A program made the translations under genes and the position numbers. Below are positions 12,241-25,964 of a stretch of 64,000 nt of DNA, piece by piece (positions within the stretch are counted from its first letter, which is position 1; the number at the start of each line of letters is the position of its first letter). The stretch covers positions 651,660,558 to 651,724,557 of the forward strand of contig NC_133619.1 in assembly GCF_048593235.1 (NCBI RefSeq), written 5' to 3'. Source of the DNA: Sminthopsis crassicaudata. Lineage: Eukaryota. The notes under the pieces are model-generated. The model was not told where the DNA came from. It saw only the letters and a program-made list of their open reading frames with translations, and did no database searches.

Positions 12241-12644
12241 ATGCCATCTCTGAAGTCTCTCCCATCAGCCAGCAGCAACTGTCTGCCTTTCACTGGGCCT
12301 TTTGTACACATTAAGCACTGGATGAAGGTTTTTTTCCCTATTCATTTTTATTCCCACCAGATTCAATAAAGCATTAATCACCAAAACCATTTCCTACTGC
12401 TTACCAAATCTAGAGCAGTGGGACAGAACAGACAAGGAGGAATCACAACAAGTAAATTCAATAATCCAGTGCCTGTTAAACTCAGGAAAAAAACTTCATT
12501 GGGGAAGCAAGTAGTGAGGGCTTTAGACTAGCAGCATCAACCTTAAGTAGAAATGGTTCACTGGGGGCCGTACTAGAATGCCCCGAGTAATGTCTCTATA
12601 TTATATTGTATTTTTATTTATTAAACATTTTCCAATTACATTTT

Positions 12645-12794
12645 TTTTTTTTTTTTTTGCTTAGGCAACACTTGGGGTTAAGTGACATGCCCAGGGTCAC
12701 ACAGCTAGGAAATGTTAAGTATCTGAGACCAAAATTCAGGTCCTCCTGACTTCAGGACTGGGGCTCTATCCGCTGAACCATCTAGCTGCCCCTC
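12645..12794 (-). mobile_element. Short young tRNA/CORE-derived SINE (WSINE1-like) with TSD
   Basis: Poly-T tail, ggggttaagtgacatgcccagggtcacacagctagg body, head ctagctgcccc; TSD ccaattacatttt at 12632-12644 and 12795-12807. The family name is an inference. Confidence 0.85.
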
Positions 12795-12869
12795 CCAATT
12801 ACATTTTAATCTGTTTTAGACTTTAGAGTTTTTCAAGATCCACATGTAACTTCTGTTTTTATTGTTCAA

Positions 12870-13310
12870 CCATTTTCAATCATGACTCTTGGCAGAGAGA
12901 TCAGGGCAGTTTGCCATTTCTTTCTCCAGGTCATTTTATGACGAGGAAACAGAGAGACAAGGTTAAGTGACTTGCCCAGGGCCACACAGCTGGGATGACT
13001 GGATTTGAATTCAGCTCTTCCTGACTCCGGATCTAGCATTCTATCCACTGCGCCACCTAGCTGCAGCATTATATATCCTAACCCATTCAGTCATTAAGCA
13101 TTTCTTCAGACCCCCATTGGGGATTTTCTTGGAAAAGACACTGGAGGGGTGGGCTAGTTCTTTCTGCAGCTCTTATTACACATGAGGAAACTGAGGCAAA
13201 CAGGACTAAGTGACTTGCCCAGGTATCACACAGCTGCGAAGTGTCTGAGGCTGGATTTGAACTCAGTAAGATGAGTCTTCTGGACTCCAGGCCCAATGCT
13301 CTACCCTACC
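12870..13310 (-). mobile_element. Two marsupial MIR/MAR-type SINEs in tandem
   Basis: ttggcagagagatcagggcagtttgccatttctttctcc...aagtgacttgcccagg pattern occurs twice. Confidence 0.7.
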
Positions 13311-14152
13311 ATATTTTATAATAAACTCAAAATGAATGGGCACAATCCAAATACTGGAAATAACACACTTTTTACAACTATCGATTATTAGGGAAGAATT
13401 TTTAACCAAAAAAGTGATAGCGAGTAAATGGATAATTTCAATTACATGAAATTAGAACGCTTTGCATGAACAAAATCAATGCAGCATAGCCGCCATGTTC
13501 AAAAGGAGAGGGATCCATGGGGAAAGGTCAACTAGTGAACAGATGCACACCCAGTCACAATCAGCACTTATTAAGCACCTAAGATCCGCCAAACACTGGG
13601 ACACATTTAACGTGTGTGCGTGTATGCGCGTGGAAGATCAGCACCTTTGCTGAGATGACAGCCTGAAGAATTCTAGAAAGCAGAAGGGGGGGGGCAGGAA
13701 CCATAGCACAGAAGTGGGGAAAGTCAACAGGAGAAGGAGAAGCAATATCGTCTTCAAAAGAATAACACACATACAGCAAGAACAAAGAGATGGAGCCCAA
13801 GAAATGGATCCAAAACTTCACAGAGGCAGGATGTCATACTGACAAGGGATGATGGTTCCCGGGATCCTACTAAAGTGTTCGCCCTCTCCATCTCCCTCTC
13901 CTTGTCTTTGTCTCCTTCTCTCTCTCTTCCCCTTCTTCCCTCTTTCTTCCCCTTCCTCCATTTCTCTTTCCCTCTTCTCTTTGTGGGTCTGTTTCTTTCC
14001 TTCTCTCTCTCTTTCCTTCCCTTCCTCTCACTATCTAGCCCTCCCTCCCTCTCTCCCCCCTTTCTCTGTGGGTCTCTGGTTTTTTTTGTTTGTTTGTTTG
14101 TTTCTCTCTCCATCTGCCCCCTTTCTCAATAAAACAGAGCAGATAATATTTT

Positions 14153-14889
14153 TTATTATTATAACTTTTTATTGACAGAACATATGACTGGGTAATTTTT
14201 TATAACATTATCCTTTGTACTCACTTCTGTTCTGAATTAACCCCTCCTTCCCTCCACCCCCTTGCCTAGATGGCAGGCAGTCTTATACATGTTAATTATA
14301 TTATAATATATCCTAGATACAATATATGTGTACAGAACCAAACAGTTCTCTTGTTGCACAGGAAGAATTGGATTTGGAAGGTAAAAATAACCTGGGAAGA
14401 AAAACAAAAGTGCAAACAGTTTACACTCATTTCCCAGTGTTCTTTCTCTGGGTGTGGCTGATTCTGTCCGTCATTGATCAATTGGAACTGAGTTAGATCT
14501 TCTCTTTGTTGAAGATTTCCACTTCCATCAGAATCCATCCTCATACAGTATCATTGTTGAAGTGTATAATGATCCCCTAGTTCTTCTCGTTTCACTCAGC
14601 ATCAGTTGATGTAAGTCTCTCCAAGCCTCTCGTATTCATCCTGCTGGTCATTTCTTACAGAGCAATGATATTCCATAATATACCACAATTTATTCAGCCA
14701 TTCTCCAACTGATGGGCATCCATTTAGTTTCCAGTTTCTGGCCACTACAAAAAGAGCTGCCACAAACATTTTGGCACATCCGGGTCCCTTTCCCTTCTTT
14801 AGTATTTCTTTGGGATATAAGCCCAGTAATAATACCACTGGATCAAAGGGGATGCACAGTTTGATAACTCTGGGGACATAATTCCAGAT
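14153..14889 (-). mobile_element. 5'-truncated L1 (ORF2 C-terminus and 3'UTR) with TSD
   Basis: ORF track shows [24 protein letters not shown]; TSD gagcag(a/c)taatatttt at 14137-14152 and 14890-14905. Confidence 0.9.
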
Positions 14890-15224
14890 GAGCAGCTAAT
14901 ATTTTAATGCTGTGTTTTAATAACAAGTGAAGCAATGAGAGCTATTTGCCTTGGCTACCATTCATACCAACATGGAAAAATCTGTGACTCGCCTGACTTC
15001 TAAGAACTTAGGAGAGAAAAGAAGAAAAGCACCTGTATTAAGCAGGAAGCTCTACGAGGTGATCGAAGTACAAAGTTCAGAGTCCCCAAGGTGCTTCAAT
15101 CCTCCTTCCAGGAAGCAGGATAAGGAAGGAAGAGAAGATGGGTAAGGAGCCCATGGATAAGATGCTGCAAAGTAAGAAATGAAGGAAGCCTCAAGAATAA
15201 AATTCAGTACCACCATCCCATACG

Positions 15225-15680
15225 AAATGATCTGCAGGCTGACTTCAGAAAAGCCTGGAGACTGACATGAACTGATGCTGAGTGAAGTGAGCAGAACCAG
15301 GAGATCATTGTACATGGCAACCATAACGATGATCAACTTGAATCTTTTCAACAATGGGTTGATTCTGGTCAATTCTAATACACTTGTGATGGAGAGATCC
15401 ACCTGCACCTCTCAGAGAGAGGCTATGGGGACTGAGCATGGATCACAATATTGTATTTTCACTCTTTCTACTGTTCTTTGCTTGCTTTTTTTCCTCACTT
15501 TTTTTTTTTTAATCTTTTTGATCTGATTCTTCTCGTACAGAAAGATAAATGTGGAAGATTTTGCACATGTTTAACCTATATTGGATTACTCGCCATCCAG
15601 GGGAAGGGAGAAAGGGGGAAGGAAGAGAAAAAAATTTGAAACACAAGATTTTGCAAGAGTGAATGTTGAAAACATAATTT
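15225..15680 (+). mobile_element. L1 3' end fragment
   Basis: gaactgatgctgagtgaagtgagcagaaccagg ([14 protein letters not shown]) followed by 3'UTR. Confidence 0.8.
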
Positions 15681-17035
15681 ATCTTCCCCATCCACCCTCT
15701 GAGTTTTCTAGAGGAGAGAGAGCAGTGCAACAGAAGGGCCTGGGGGTACTGTAAAGGCAGACGTCTGTGCTGCTTTGAAGTGACTGTCGGCCCCTCTCCT
15801 TTGCCCTCTTGCAAGAGTCAGGACACGTCCTGGAGAAAGAGATTGCCCACTGTCTCGGAAAGGCCAAGGGAGGGTTTCCCCATGGGATACCCAGCAGCCA
15901 GAGTCCCTGATCACTCTGAGCTAAATGTGCTTGTGGCCCTGCTAATGACAGGTTTAGGGAACCGAGCTCCCAGGGTAAGCAACAATTAGGAATGGGAAAC
16001 TGAACCTACAGTGGAGGTGGGAAGGGCAGCTGGGGCCACTGAGGCATTTATTGTGGCACTTGCTGGTTTTAACAGCGACCAAAAGTAAGGAACCAATACA
16101 TTGCAAGAGCGCAAACCCAGAATGGAAGGAACTGGAGAAGGAAGTGAGTGGAAGCAAATAAAGAAACTTGGGAGTTACCCCTGAAAAGTGATCCACTCAA
16201 ATGCCAAGGGCGGAGTCAAGAAGGCCGAAGCCAGGACTTTGCCTGAACTTCTCATGTCTCTCCGCCCCGCCCCCTTTCAGTCAATGCTGGGTCCAGCCTC
16301 TGAACAGACTTTGGAGTGAAGATATCTTGGAAGATCTTCAGGAAAGGTCTGTTTGAACTGGGCAGGAGGCAGATACAGGGGAGGCCGGAGGCCCAGGGCC
16401 AGGAATCTAGCTGAGACTGCTGGCTAAAGTCTAGCAGCACTGGCAGCTCTGTCCTGGTTCTGAGGGCAATAGATGGGCAGCCAGCTGTGAGACCACCAAC
16501 CTAACGACCAAAGGTAAACTGTGAGCCCCAAACTCCAGCATAAAAGGCAGCTCTAGGCCAGATCGGCCCAGCCCCACACCAGCCCAGCCCCACACCGGTC
16601 CAGGGGAAAGTCAGGGAGAGGCCCCTGTCCACCTCCAAAAAAAAAAAAAGCTTGGGACCATCTCATCGGGGCTCTAAGAGCAGAGCTCAATTGTGGCAAA
16701 AAGCAAAAGGAGCCCTGACTACAGAGAACCACCATGAGATGGAACACAAACCAGAAAGTGCGTGGACAGCAATAGCAAACGCTGCATCCAATGCCTAAAA
16801 GGGGCTACCAACGATGCAAGCTCCGAAGGTTCTCTTGGAAAAGCTCAAAAAAGATCTTAAAATACAGAAGGATTGGGAAAAGAAATGACAGTTATGAAGA
16901 AAAGTTATGAAAGTTTGGGGGGGCAACAGCTTAGAAAAAGAAGCATGGAAATTGGATGAGGAAAACAACCCCTTAAAAAATAGAATTGGTAAAATGGAAA
17001 AAAACAAACACAATTCCTTAAAAAATAGAATTGGA

Positions 17036-17175
17036 GGGAGCAGGTAGGTGATGCAGTAGATAGAGTATCAGACCTGAAGTCAGGAGGACCAGTCCAAATC
17101 TGATCTGACACTTAACACGTTCTAGTGACCCTGGGCAAGTCACTTAACCCCAATTGTCTCAGCAAAAAGAAAAAA
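17036..17175 (+). mobile_element. WSINE1-like SINE nested in L1 ORF1
   Basis: gggagcaggtaggtgatgcagtagatagag...aaccccaattgtctcagcaaaaa; imperfect TSD aaaaatagaa(t/a)tg. Confidence 0.8.
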
Positions 17176-17240
17176 TAGAAATGAGGAAAAAAATACTTTT
17201 AAAAAAGTAATAAACAACTTCTTAAAAAAGAGAATTGGTG

Positions 17241-17274
<34 letters not shown>

Positions 17275-19921
17275 AATCCACTGAACAGAACTCCTTGAAA
17301 AGTACAATTGCTCAAATGCAAAAGGAGGTAAAAAGGCTAATTGAAGAAAATAATTTACTAAAAATTTGAATTGGACAAATGGAAAAAAGTGACAAAATGA
17401 GACATCAAGAATCAGTCAAACAAAATCAAAGAAGTGGAAAAAATAGAAGAAAATGTAAAATACTTCATTGAAAAAATAAATAAAAAAATAAATAAATAAA
17501 CAACTGACCTAGAAAACAGATCAAAGAGAGACAATCTAAAAATTACTGAACTACCTGAAAACTATGATCAAAATAAGAGCCTGGACGAGATCTTTCAAGA
17601 AACCATCAAGGAGAACTGCCCTCACATCCTAGAACCAAAAGATAAAATAGCCATTAAGAGAATCCACTAAATGCCTCCTAAGAGACCCCAAAATGAAAAC
17701 TCAAGAAATATTGTAGCTAAATTCCAGAATTACCAGATCAAGGAGAAAATACTGCAAGCAGCCAGAAAGAAACAATTCAAATATCAAGGAACCATAATCA
17801 GAATTCACCAGGATCTAGCAGCTTCCACATTAAAGGATCGGAAGATCTGGAATATGATAATCCAAAAAGCAAAGGAGCTTGGACCACAACCAAGAATCAA
17901 TTGTCCAGCAAAATTAAGTATTCTCTTTTCTGGGGAAAAAAAATCAATAATTAATGAAATAGGAAATTTTCAAACATTTCTGATGAAAAGGGCAGAGCTG
18001 AACAAAAAAATATGAAATTCAAATACAAAACTCAAGAGAAGCATAAAAAGGTAAATGGGGAAGGGAAAAAAAAAAAAAAACTATGGTCTTTAAAGATTAA
18101 ATGTTTATATCCCTACATGGGAAAATGATACTTATAACTCTTGAGTTACCTTGGTCAGGGCAATTAGAAAAAGTAGACATAGAGGGTGTAGGTATAAATT
18201 GACTTTAATGTGGTGATATAACAAAGAAATTAGGAGTGGAAAAGGGGTTGTATTGGGAGAAAAGGAAAGGGAAGGTAAAATGGTAAATTATGTACACGAA
18301 GAAGCACAAAAACCTATTACAGTTGAGGGGGAAAAAAAGAGGGAGATGAGAATTGTTTGATCCTTAATCTCATCGTATTTAGCTCAAAAAGAGAATAACA
18401 TACATAATTTGATATAGAAAACCTACATAATTTGGCATAAAAATCTGTCTCCCCCAATAGAGAAGTAGGAGGGGAAAGGGGAAATGAAAGGGTGTGGGAA
18501 ATAGAAGAAAGAGCAGAAGGGAAAGGGTAAGGGATAAGAAATTGGGGGCCAATAAAAGAGCAGATTGAGGGAAGTGGGGTTCAGAAAGAAAACAGGTGAG
18601 GAGGGAAAGAGTGAAAGGAAAAAGAAAAGTTACATACAGAGTTAAAAATCTTAACTGTGAATGGGATGAACTCTCCCATAAAGCAGAAGCAGATAGCAGA
18701 GTGGATTAAAAGCCAGAATCCTGCAATGTGCTGTGTACAGAAACACACTTGAAGCAGAGAGATACATAAGAGGGAATAAAAGTAAGAGGCTAAAGCAGAA
18801 TGTATTATGCTTCAACTAAAGTTAAAAAAAAAAAAAAAAAGGCAAGGGTAGAGATCCAGATCTCACACCAAGTAAAAGAAAAACTAAATCTAATTAAAAG
18901 AGATAAGGGAGGAAACTGGAAATTACAGCAAAGGGTACTATAGATAATGAAGTAATATTAATACTAAACATATATGCACCAAGTGGTATAGCATCCAAAT
19001 TCTTGGAGGAGAAGCTAAGTGAATTGCAAGAAGAAATAGAAAATTATAGTAGTGGGAAGTCTCAACATCCCTCTCTCAGAACTAGATAAATCTAACCACA
19101 AAATAAATAAGAAAGGAGACAAATAAAATCAGAAAAGTTAGGTATGATATACCTTTGAAAAAACTTGAATGAAAATAGAAAGGAATATACCTTTTTCTCA
19201 GCAGTACCTGGAACCTACACAAAAAACTGACCATATCTAAGGGCATAAAAACTTTGCAATCATATGCAGAAAAGCAGAAACTGTGCATCCTTTTCAGATC
19301 ATGATGCAATAAAAATTATGTGTAACAAAGGGTTGTGGAAAAATAAGACCAAAATTAATTGGAAAATAATCTGATCCTACATACTGAGTGGGTCAAACAA
19401 CAAATCAAAGACACAATCAATAAGTTAATCCAAGAGAATGAAAATTATAAGACAATATGCCAAAACTTATGGGATGTAGTCAAACCAGTTATCAAACAGA
19501 GAAAGAGGAAACCAATGAATTGAGCGTGAAACTAAAAAAGTTAGAAAAATAACAAATTAAAAAGCTCCAAATAAATACAAAATTAGGAATTCTGAAAGTC
19601 TGAGATTAATCAAAATGGAAATAAAAAAACTATTAAACTAATAAATTTTTTAAAAGTAAGAGTTGGTTTTATGAAAAAATCAACAAAATAGAAAAATTTT
19701 GGTTAATTTGATTAGAAAAAGTAAAGAAGAAAATCAAATTACCAGTATTAAAACTGAAGGGTGAACTTATCACCAATGAAGAGAAAATTAAAGCAATAAT
19801 TAGGAGCTATTTTGTCCCATTGTATACCAACAAATCTGATCATCTAATTGAAATGTATGAATATTTATAAAAACATAAATTGTCCAGATTAACAAAAGAG
19901 GAAATGAAACAAGTAACCCCA

Positions 19922-20079
19922 CTTTATTTATTTACTTATTTGTGTTTTTGCTGAGACAATTGGGGCTAACTTGCCCAGAGTCACACAGCTAGGAAGTGTT
20001 AAGTGTCTGAGGCCATATTTGAACTCAGGTCCTCCTGACTTCAGGTTTGGTGCTATAACCACTGCGCCATCTAGCTGCC
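19922..20079 (-). mobile_element. WSINE1-like SINE nested in L1 ORF2
   Basis: tttgctgagacaattgggg...ccactgcgccatctagctgcc; imperfect TSD aagtaa(c/t)ccca(c/t)ttta. Confidence 0.8.
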
Positions 20080-20097
20080 AAAGTAATCCCATTTTAG

Positions 20098-20226
<129 letters not shown>

Positions 20227-21205
20227 TAAAAATAAGTGAAGGAGGACCAAATTCCTTTTATGACGCAGATATGGTGCTGATACCTAAACAAGGAGGGCCT
20301 AAAACAAGAAAGCAAATTATAGACCCATTTCCTTAATGAGTATTGATGCAAAAATCTTAAATAAAATATTAGCAAAGCAATTACAGCAATTTATCAGCAG
20401 GATAATAATGATCAAGTGGGATTTATACCAGGAATTCAGAGTTGGTTCAAAATCTAGAAAACTATTAGCATAATTGACCATATCAAATAAAACTAACAGA
20501 AATAATATGATTATTTCAATAGATGCAAAAAAAGCATTTGACAAAATAACACCCATTCCTAATAAAAACACTAAAGAGCATAGGAATAAATGGAGTTTTT
20601 CTTAAAATGATAAGTAGCATCTATCTAAAACCATCAGTGAGCAATAAGATCGGGGTGAAACAAGGTTGTTCACTATCACTACTATTATTCAATGTTTTAC
20701 TACAAATGTTAGCTTTAGCAATGAGAAGAAAAAGAAATCGAAGCAATTAGAGTAGGTAATGAGGAAATAAAACTATCTCTTTGCAGACAACATGATGGTA
20801 TATTTAGAGAATACTAGTGATTAAACTAAAAAAACAAGTAGATACAAGTTACAACTTTAGCAAAGTTATAGGATATAAAATAAAACACATAGATCATTGG
20901 CATTTTTCTATGCTACCAACAATGTCCAACAGCAAGAGAAAAAAAAGAGAAATCCCATTTAATTTATTAATATACTAATATTGTAGACAATATAAAATAT
21001 TTGGGAGTCTATCTGCCAAGACAAAGCCAGGAAAAATATGAACAGAATTACAAAACATTCTTCACACAAAGTTAGATTCAAACAACAGAAAGAATATCAA
21101 TTAGTCATGACTAGGATAAGTTATAATAAAAATGAAAATTCTACCTAAATTAAACTAATTATTCAAAAAAATTACTTTATAGAGCTCGGAAAAAAATAGT
21201 AACAC

Positions 21206-21890
21206 TAGGCTTATATCACAAAGAGATTTAATAGGGACCTGTATGTGCCAAAATGTTTGTGGCAGCTCTTTTTGTAGTGACTAGAAATTGGAAATTGAAT
21301 GGATGAACATCAATTGGAGAATACTTGGGTAAATTATGGTATATGAATGTTATGGAATATTATTGTTCTGTAAGAAATAACCAGCAGGATGATTTCAGAA
21401 AAGCCTGGAGAGACTTACATCAAGTGATGCTGAGTGAAATGAGCAGGACCAGGAGATCGTTATATACTTAAACAATATTATATGAGGATCAGTTCTGATG
21501 AAAGTGGCTATCTTCGGCAATGAGAGGATCCAAATCAGTTCCAATTGATCAGTGATGAATAGAACCAGCTACACTCAGCGAAAGAGCACTGGGAAATGAG
21601 TGTAGACTACAACATAGCATTTACACTCTTTCTGTTATTGTTTGCTCACATTTTTTTTCTTCCCAGATTATTTTCTTGTATAGCAAGATAACTGTATAAA
21701 TAGGTATGCATATATTGTATTTAACATACACTTTAACATGTTTAACATGTATGTGACTCCCTGCCATCTAGGGGAGGGGGTGGGGGAAGGAGGGGAAAAG
21801 TTGGAACTGAAGTTTTTGCAAGAGTCAGTATTGAAAAATTACCCGTGCATATGTTTTGTCAATAAAAAGCTATAATTTTAAAAAGGAAAA
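21206..21890 (+). mobile_element. Younger 5'-truncated L1 3' end nested in the older L1 ORF2
   Basis: L1 ORF2 C-terminus, 3'UTR and A-tail, flanked by atagtaaca on both sides; the host ORF2 resumes at ~21900. Confidence 0.8.
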
Positions 21891-23679
21891 GAAAATATAG
21901 TAACAAAATTAATCTGGAAAAACAAAAGGTCAAGAATATTAATGGAATTAACAACAAAAAATTGGTGGCCTAGCTGTACCAGACAAAACTATATTATCAT
22001 TTGAAATAAAGTGGTGGATCAGTGGACACAATAGTCAATGACCATAGTAATCTAGTGTGTGATAAACCCAAAGACTGCAGCTTCTGGGATAAGAACCCAC
22101 TATGTGACAAACTTTGCTTGGAAAATTGGAAAATATCATGGCAGAAACTAAGCAAAGACCAACATTTCACACTCTATACCAAGATAAGTATTCAGAAGGA
22201 TGATACTATAAGCAGATTAGTATAGCAAGGGATAGTCTATCTGTCAGATCTGTGGAGAAGGGAGGAATTTATGGCCAAAGAAGAACTAGAAAACAGTATG
22301 AAATGCAAAATGTTTAATTTGGATTATATTAAAGTCAAAAGTTTTTGCACAAAAAAGATTAGAAGGGAAGCAGAAAACTGGGGGAAAACTTTTATACACC
22401 CACTAAAAAAGGCCACATTTCTAAAATATATTGAGAACTGATTAAAAATTATAAGAATACATGTCACTCCCCAACTGATAAATGGTCAGAAGATATAAAC
22501 AGTCAATTTTCAGAAATTAAAGCTATTTACAATTATTTAAAAAGTGCTAAAGTGAAAAGAAAAATAAATGTTCTAAATCACTATTGATCAAAGAAATGCA
22601 AATTAAGACAATTTTGAGGTACCACTTCACACCTCTCAACATTGGCTAAGATGACAGGAAAAGATAATGGCAAATGTTGCAGGGGATGTGGGAAAATTGA
22701 GGCACTGATTCATTCTGAGGAGCAATCTGGAACTATGCTCAAAAGGGCCATCAAACTGCATACCCTTTAATCCAACAGTGTCACTACACTACAAAGAGCT
22801 CTTAAAGCAGGGAAATGGACGCATAGGGGCCACAATGTTTGTGGCAGTCCTTGTTGTAGTGGCAAGAAACTGGAAACGAGAGCATGCCCCTCAATTGGAG
22901 AACAGTTGAATAAATTTGTGATATGTGAATGTTATGGAATATTATTGTTCTGTAAGAAATGAACAGGCTGATTTCAGAAAAGCATGGAAAAACTTACATG
23001 AACTGATACTGAGTGAATCGAGCAGAACCAGGACATCATTGTACATGGCAATAGCAAGATTATATGATAATCAATTCTGATGGACTTTGCTCTTTTCAAC
23101 TTGGAGCAATTCAAGGCAATTGCAATAAATTTGGGATGGAAAATGCCATCCTCATCCAGGGAGAACTATGAAGGCTGAATATGGATTAAATAGGATTTTC
23201 ACTTTGTTTGCTTTTTCTTTCTCATAGTTTTTCCCCTTTTTTGGTCTGATTTTCCTTGCACAACATGACAAATGCAGAATATATTTAAAAGAACTGCACT
23301 TATTTAACCTATATCAGATTGCGTGCTGTCTTGGGGAAGAGGGAACTAAGGGAAGGAGGAAGAAAAATTCAGAACAGTCTTACAAAAATAAACACTGACA
23401 ACTGTCTTTACATGTATCTGGAAAATAAAATATTGGAAAAAAATTTTAATTCACCCATTCGCTTATCCCCTGACTTTGTGGGGTTTCTGGTCGTCTCGTA
23501 TTGCCACATTTATTTGGGTCCCTCAAGATGCCCCAAGGCTTTGAAATACTGAGTCTTCAAAAAAAGGCCACGGCATCTTTGGCAGTCGGGACACTTAGGG
23601 AAATCTTAGAAAGAATGCAGGAAGGCTCTCCAGATTAAACTCAGCATGTGCCTTGATCCAGTGTTGAACAGCTGGTCAC

Positions 23680-23895
23680 CCGTGAATAAATTGGTCATTC
23701 TTCACGACTCTGTTTAGAGTTTTCTTAGCAGAGTACTGGGGTAGTTTGCCATTTCCTTCAGCCCATTTTGCAGGTGAGGAAACTGAGGCAAACAGAATAA
23801 AGAGACTAGTTCGGAGTCATCTGTGGCTGGATTTGAACTTATGTCCTCTCAACTCCAGGCCTGGCAGCCTACCCACTGTACTGCCTAGCTGCCTT
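23680..23895 (-). mobile_element. MAR/MIR-type SINE
   Basis: ttagcagagtactggggtagtttgccatttcc...gaggaaactgaggcaaacag...cctagctgcc. Confidence 0.7.
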
Positions 23896-23910
23896 GATAC
23901 TTGATACAGG

Positions 23911-25959
23911 TGCTGACACCTGTGCCAGTTTGCTGGATGTGAACCAAGACTCCACTGATCCACCTCTCTATTTCTTAGGCAATACCAAATGATACCCCAC
24001 TAGTACCCCACTAGGTGGGGGCCCCAAGGCTAGCCTGACAATGGTGGTCATGGCCTTCAGGCGGTCCCCCCCCCCAAATGCAGACATGGACGAATGGTGC
24101 TCTTTGCCAGCGGGGGAGTGGGAGAAAGGACAGGTTTGAGGTGTCTGGCTTTGAATCAGGAGAGTTTGAGAGGCAATCCCCTCACTGGAGTGACTCGGAG
24201 GCCCCTGGGACCCTCAAGAGTTCATGAAGTATCAGGAGAGGAGAGAGCCTGGAGTGAGAGATGTCTGCACTGGGGGGGGGGATCCCAGCCACTCCTGCAG
24301 CTCTCCTTCAGAGGAAATCACAAAACATGGACCCTGGTCACACACTCATGGATCCCCGAGGCTTTGGGCCTAGGCAGCAGCCAGAGAGGGGCCTGCTCTG
24401 CTTGCTGATACACTGGAGCTTTTCTTGTTTTTCCATTTGTGAAGAGGGGGCAGAGAGAGGGAGGGAAGGAGGGAGAGACAGAGAAAGAAACAGAGAAAGA
24501 CAGAGAGAAGGAGAGGAGAGGGAAGGAGGGGAAGGGAAAGAGAAGGGGAGGGAGGAAGAAAGGGAGAAGAGGGAGGGAGAGGGAGAGAGAGGGAGACAGA
24601 GACTGACAAGACACAGAAACAGAGAAAGACAAAGAAAGTCAGAGATAGAGGGAGGGAGGGAAGGAAGGATCTCTCTTTGAAAAGAAATTTTCATTTAAAA
24701 ATTAGATAAAAGCAAAGTAGGAGAGAGCGTTTTCCTTTTTTCTACCTTTACCCCAGGCCTTCGGGCCACAGGACCAGCAGTTCTCAGTAGGGGGTGGGGG
24801 GGCTGTCTCCCGTTTCCTTCTTCAGAGCAGCTTTCCTCTCAGAAAGTCTTCCTGGAGCCTTCTTCCCGTCTTGTTTCAGTAGCCATCTGGGCTCCCATTT
24901 ATCTTCCCTCCTCAGGCAATAAGCCACACCCCCAAAGTTCAAAAGAGCAAACTCCAGGCCTCCTGGCAGAACCTGAGAGTACCTGCCATGTTGCCTACCC
25001 ATAATTCCTGTCGTCCTGCCCTTTGTCTCCTCTCCTCGGTCCAAATTGGGTCTTGAGGGCTCGGGCCTGACCCCAGTGGTCGCCAGCTAAGGGGCCCAGA
25101 ATGGCCAGGCAGGGATGGCGGGAGGAAGCCGGGCCCAGTGAGGGCAGCTGCAGCTGAACACGTGAGGAGGAAAATCTAGGGCCGAGGACTCAGCGGCCTC
25201 CACGGACCATCCTGCACAGGCTCCCAGGGCCCGTATCTGGAGGGTTTGTCAGGAGCAAGGCTCTCCATGCAACATGGGACTTCCTCCCCCTCCTTGGCCA
25301 CGTCTCCATGGGGGAGAGCCAGTTCCTGTGCCAGGCTACCCCTTTTTCACCCACCCTCTTCCTGGGAGAGCTGGGAGCCAAGGAGCAGCCCTATTCCAGG
25401 CATCCCGAGGGATCCAACGGCCAGACTGCATCCTATCTATCCAAGGGGCCCTCCGGGGCCCGAAGCAGGCCAGCCAGCAAGAACAGGCCCCTGAATCTTG
25501 GCTCCACAAGTCCTTCCAAGAGCAGAGACAAGATGGCCATCCTCCAAGGTTCCACAAAGCTGTTCCTTTCACCCGTGGGCCGCAAAGCAGCCCAGTTGTA
25601 GAAACAAGCTTTCTGGGGTCCAGGGACTGCTTCCCAGCCAAAAGCCTGTTTTCTTACCCCTAAGAAGTCTTTGGCTTCCAGGTGAGTCTTTGGACTCCTC
25701 TGGAAGGGCGAGAAAACCCACCCACAAATAAGCAAGGCAGCCCCTGGTCATCTCCTAGGCCCAGCCTGAGCCTCTCCCCACTGCTTGTGAGTCCACACTC
25801 GGAGGGGAGCTTGGCAGGCAGCAGTATCCACCAGACACAGGGTGAGGCGGCTGAGATCAGCACCAAGAACCATTCTTTAAAGACCTGGATAAGACCCCCT
25901 AGCGGGTATCATTCCTGTCTGCTGACACCTGTGCCAGTTTGCTGGATGTGAACCAAGAC
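23911..25959. other. ~2-kb unique insert bracketed by exact 40-bp direct repeats
   Basis: tgctgacacctgtgccagtttgctggatgtgaaccaagac at 23911-23950 and 25920-25959; inner ends AATGATACCC (23988-23997) and GGGTATCATT (25904-25913). Confidence 0.8.
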
Positions 25960-25964
25960 ATCCA

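Noticed and set aside
11580-12311. Three overlapping 139-243 aa minus-strand ORFs
   Set aside because: The minisatellite lacks stop triplets, and the 35-bp period cycles the same peptides through all frames.
13849-14175. Hydrophobic L/S/P/F ORFs, and an apparent inverted match to 24318-24694
   Set aside because: Both are CT/GA low-complexity tracts; the similarity is compositional.
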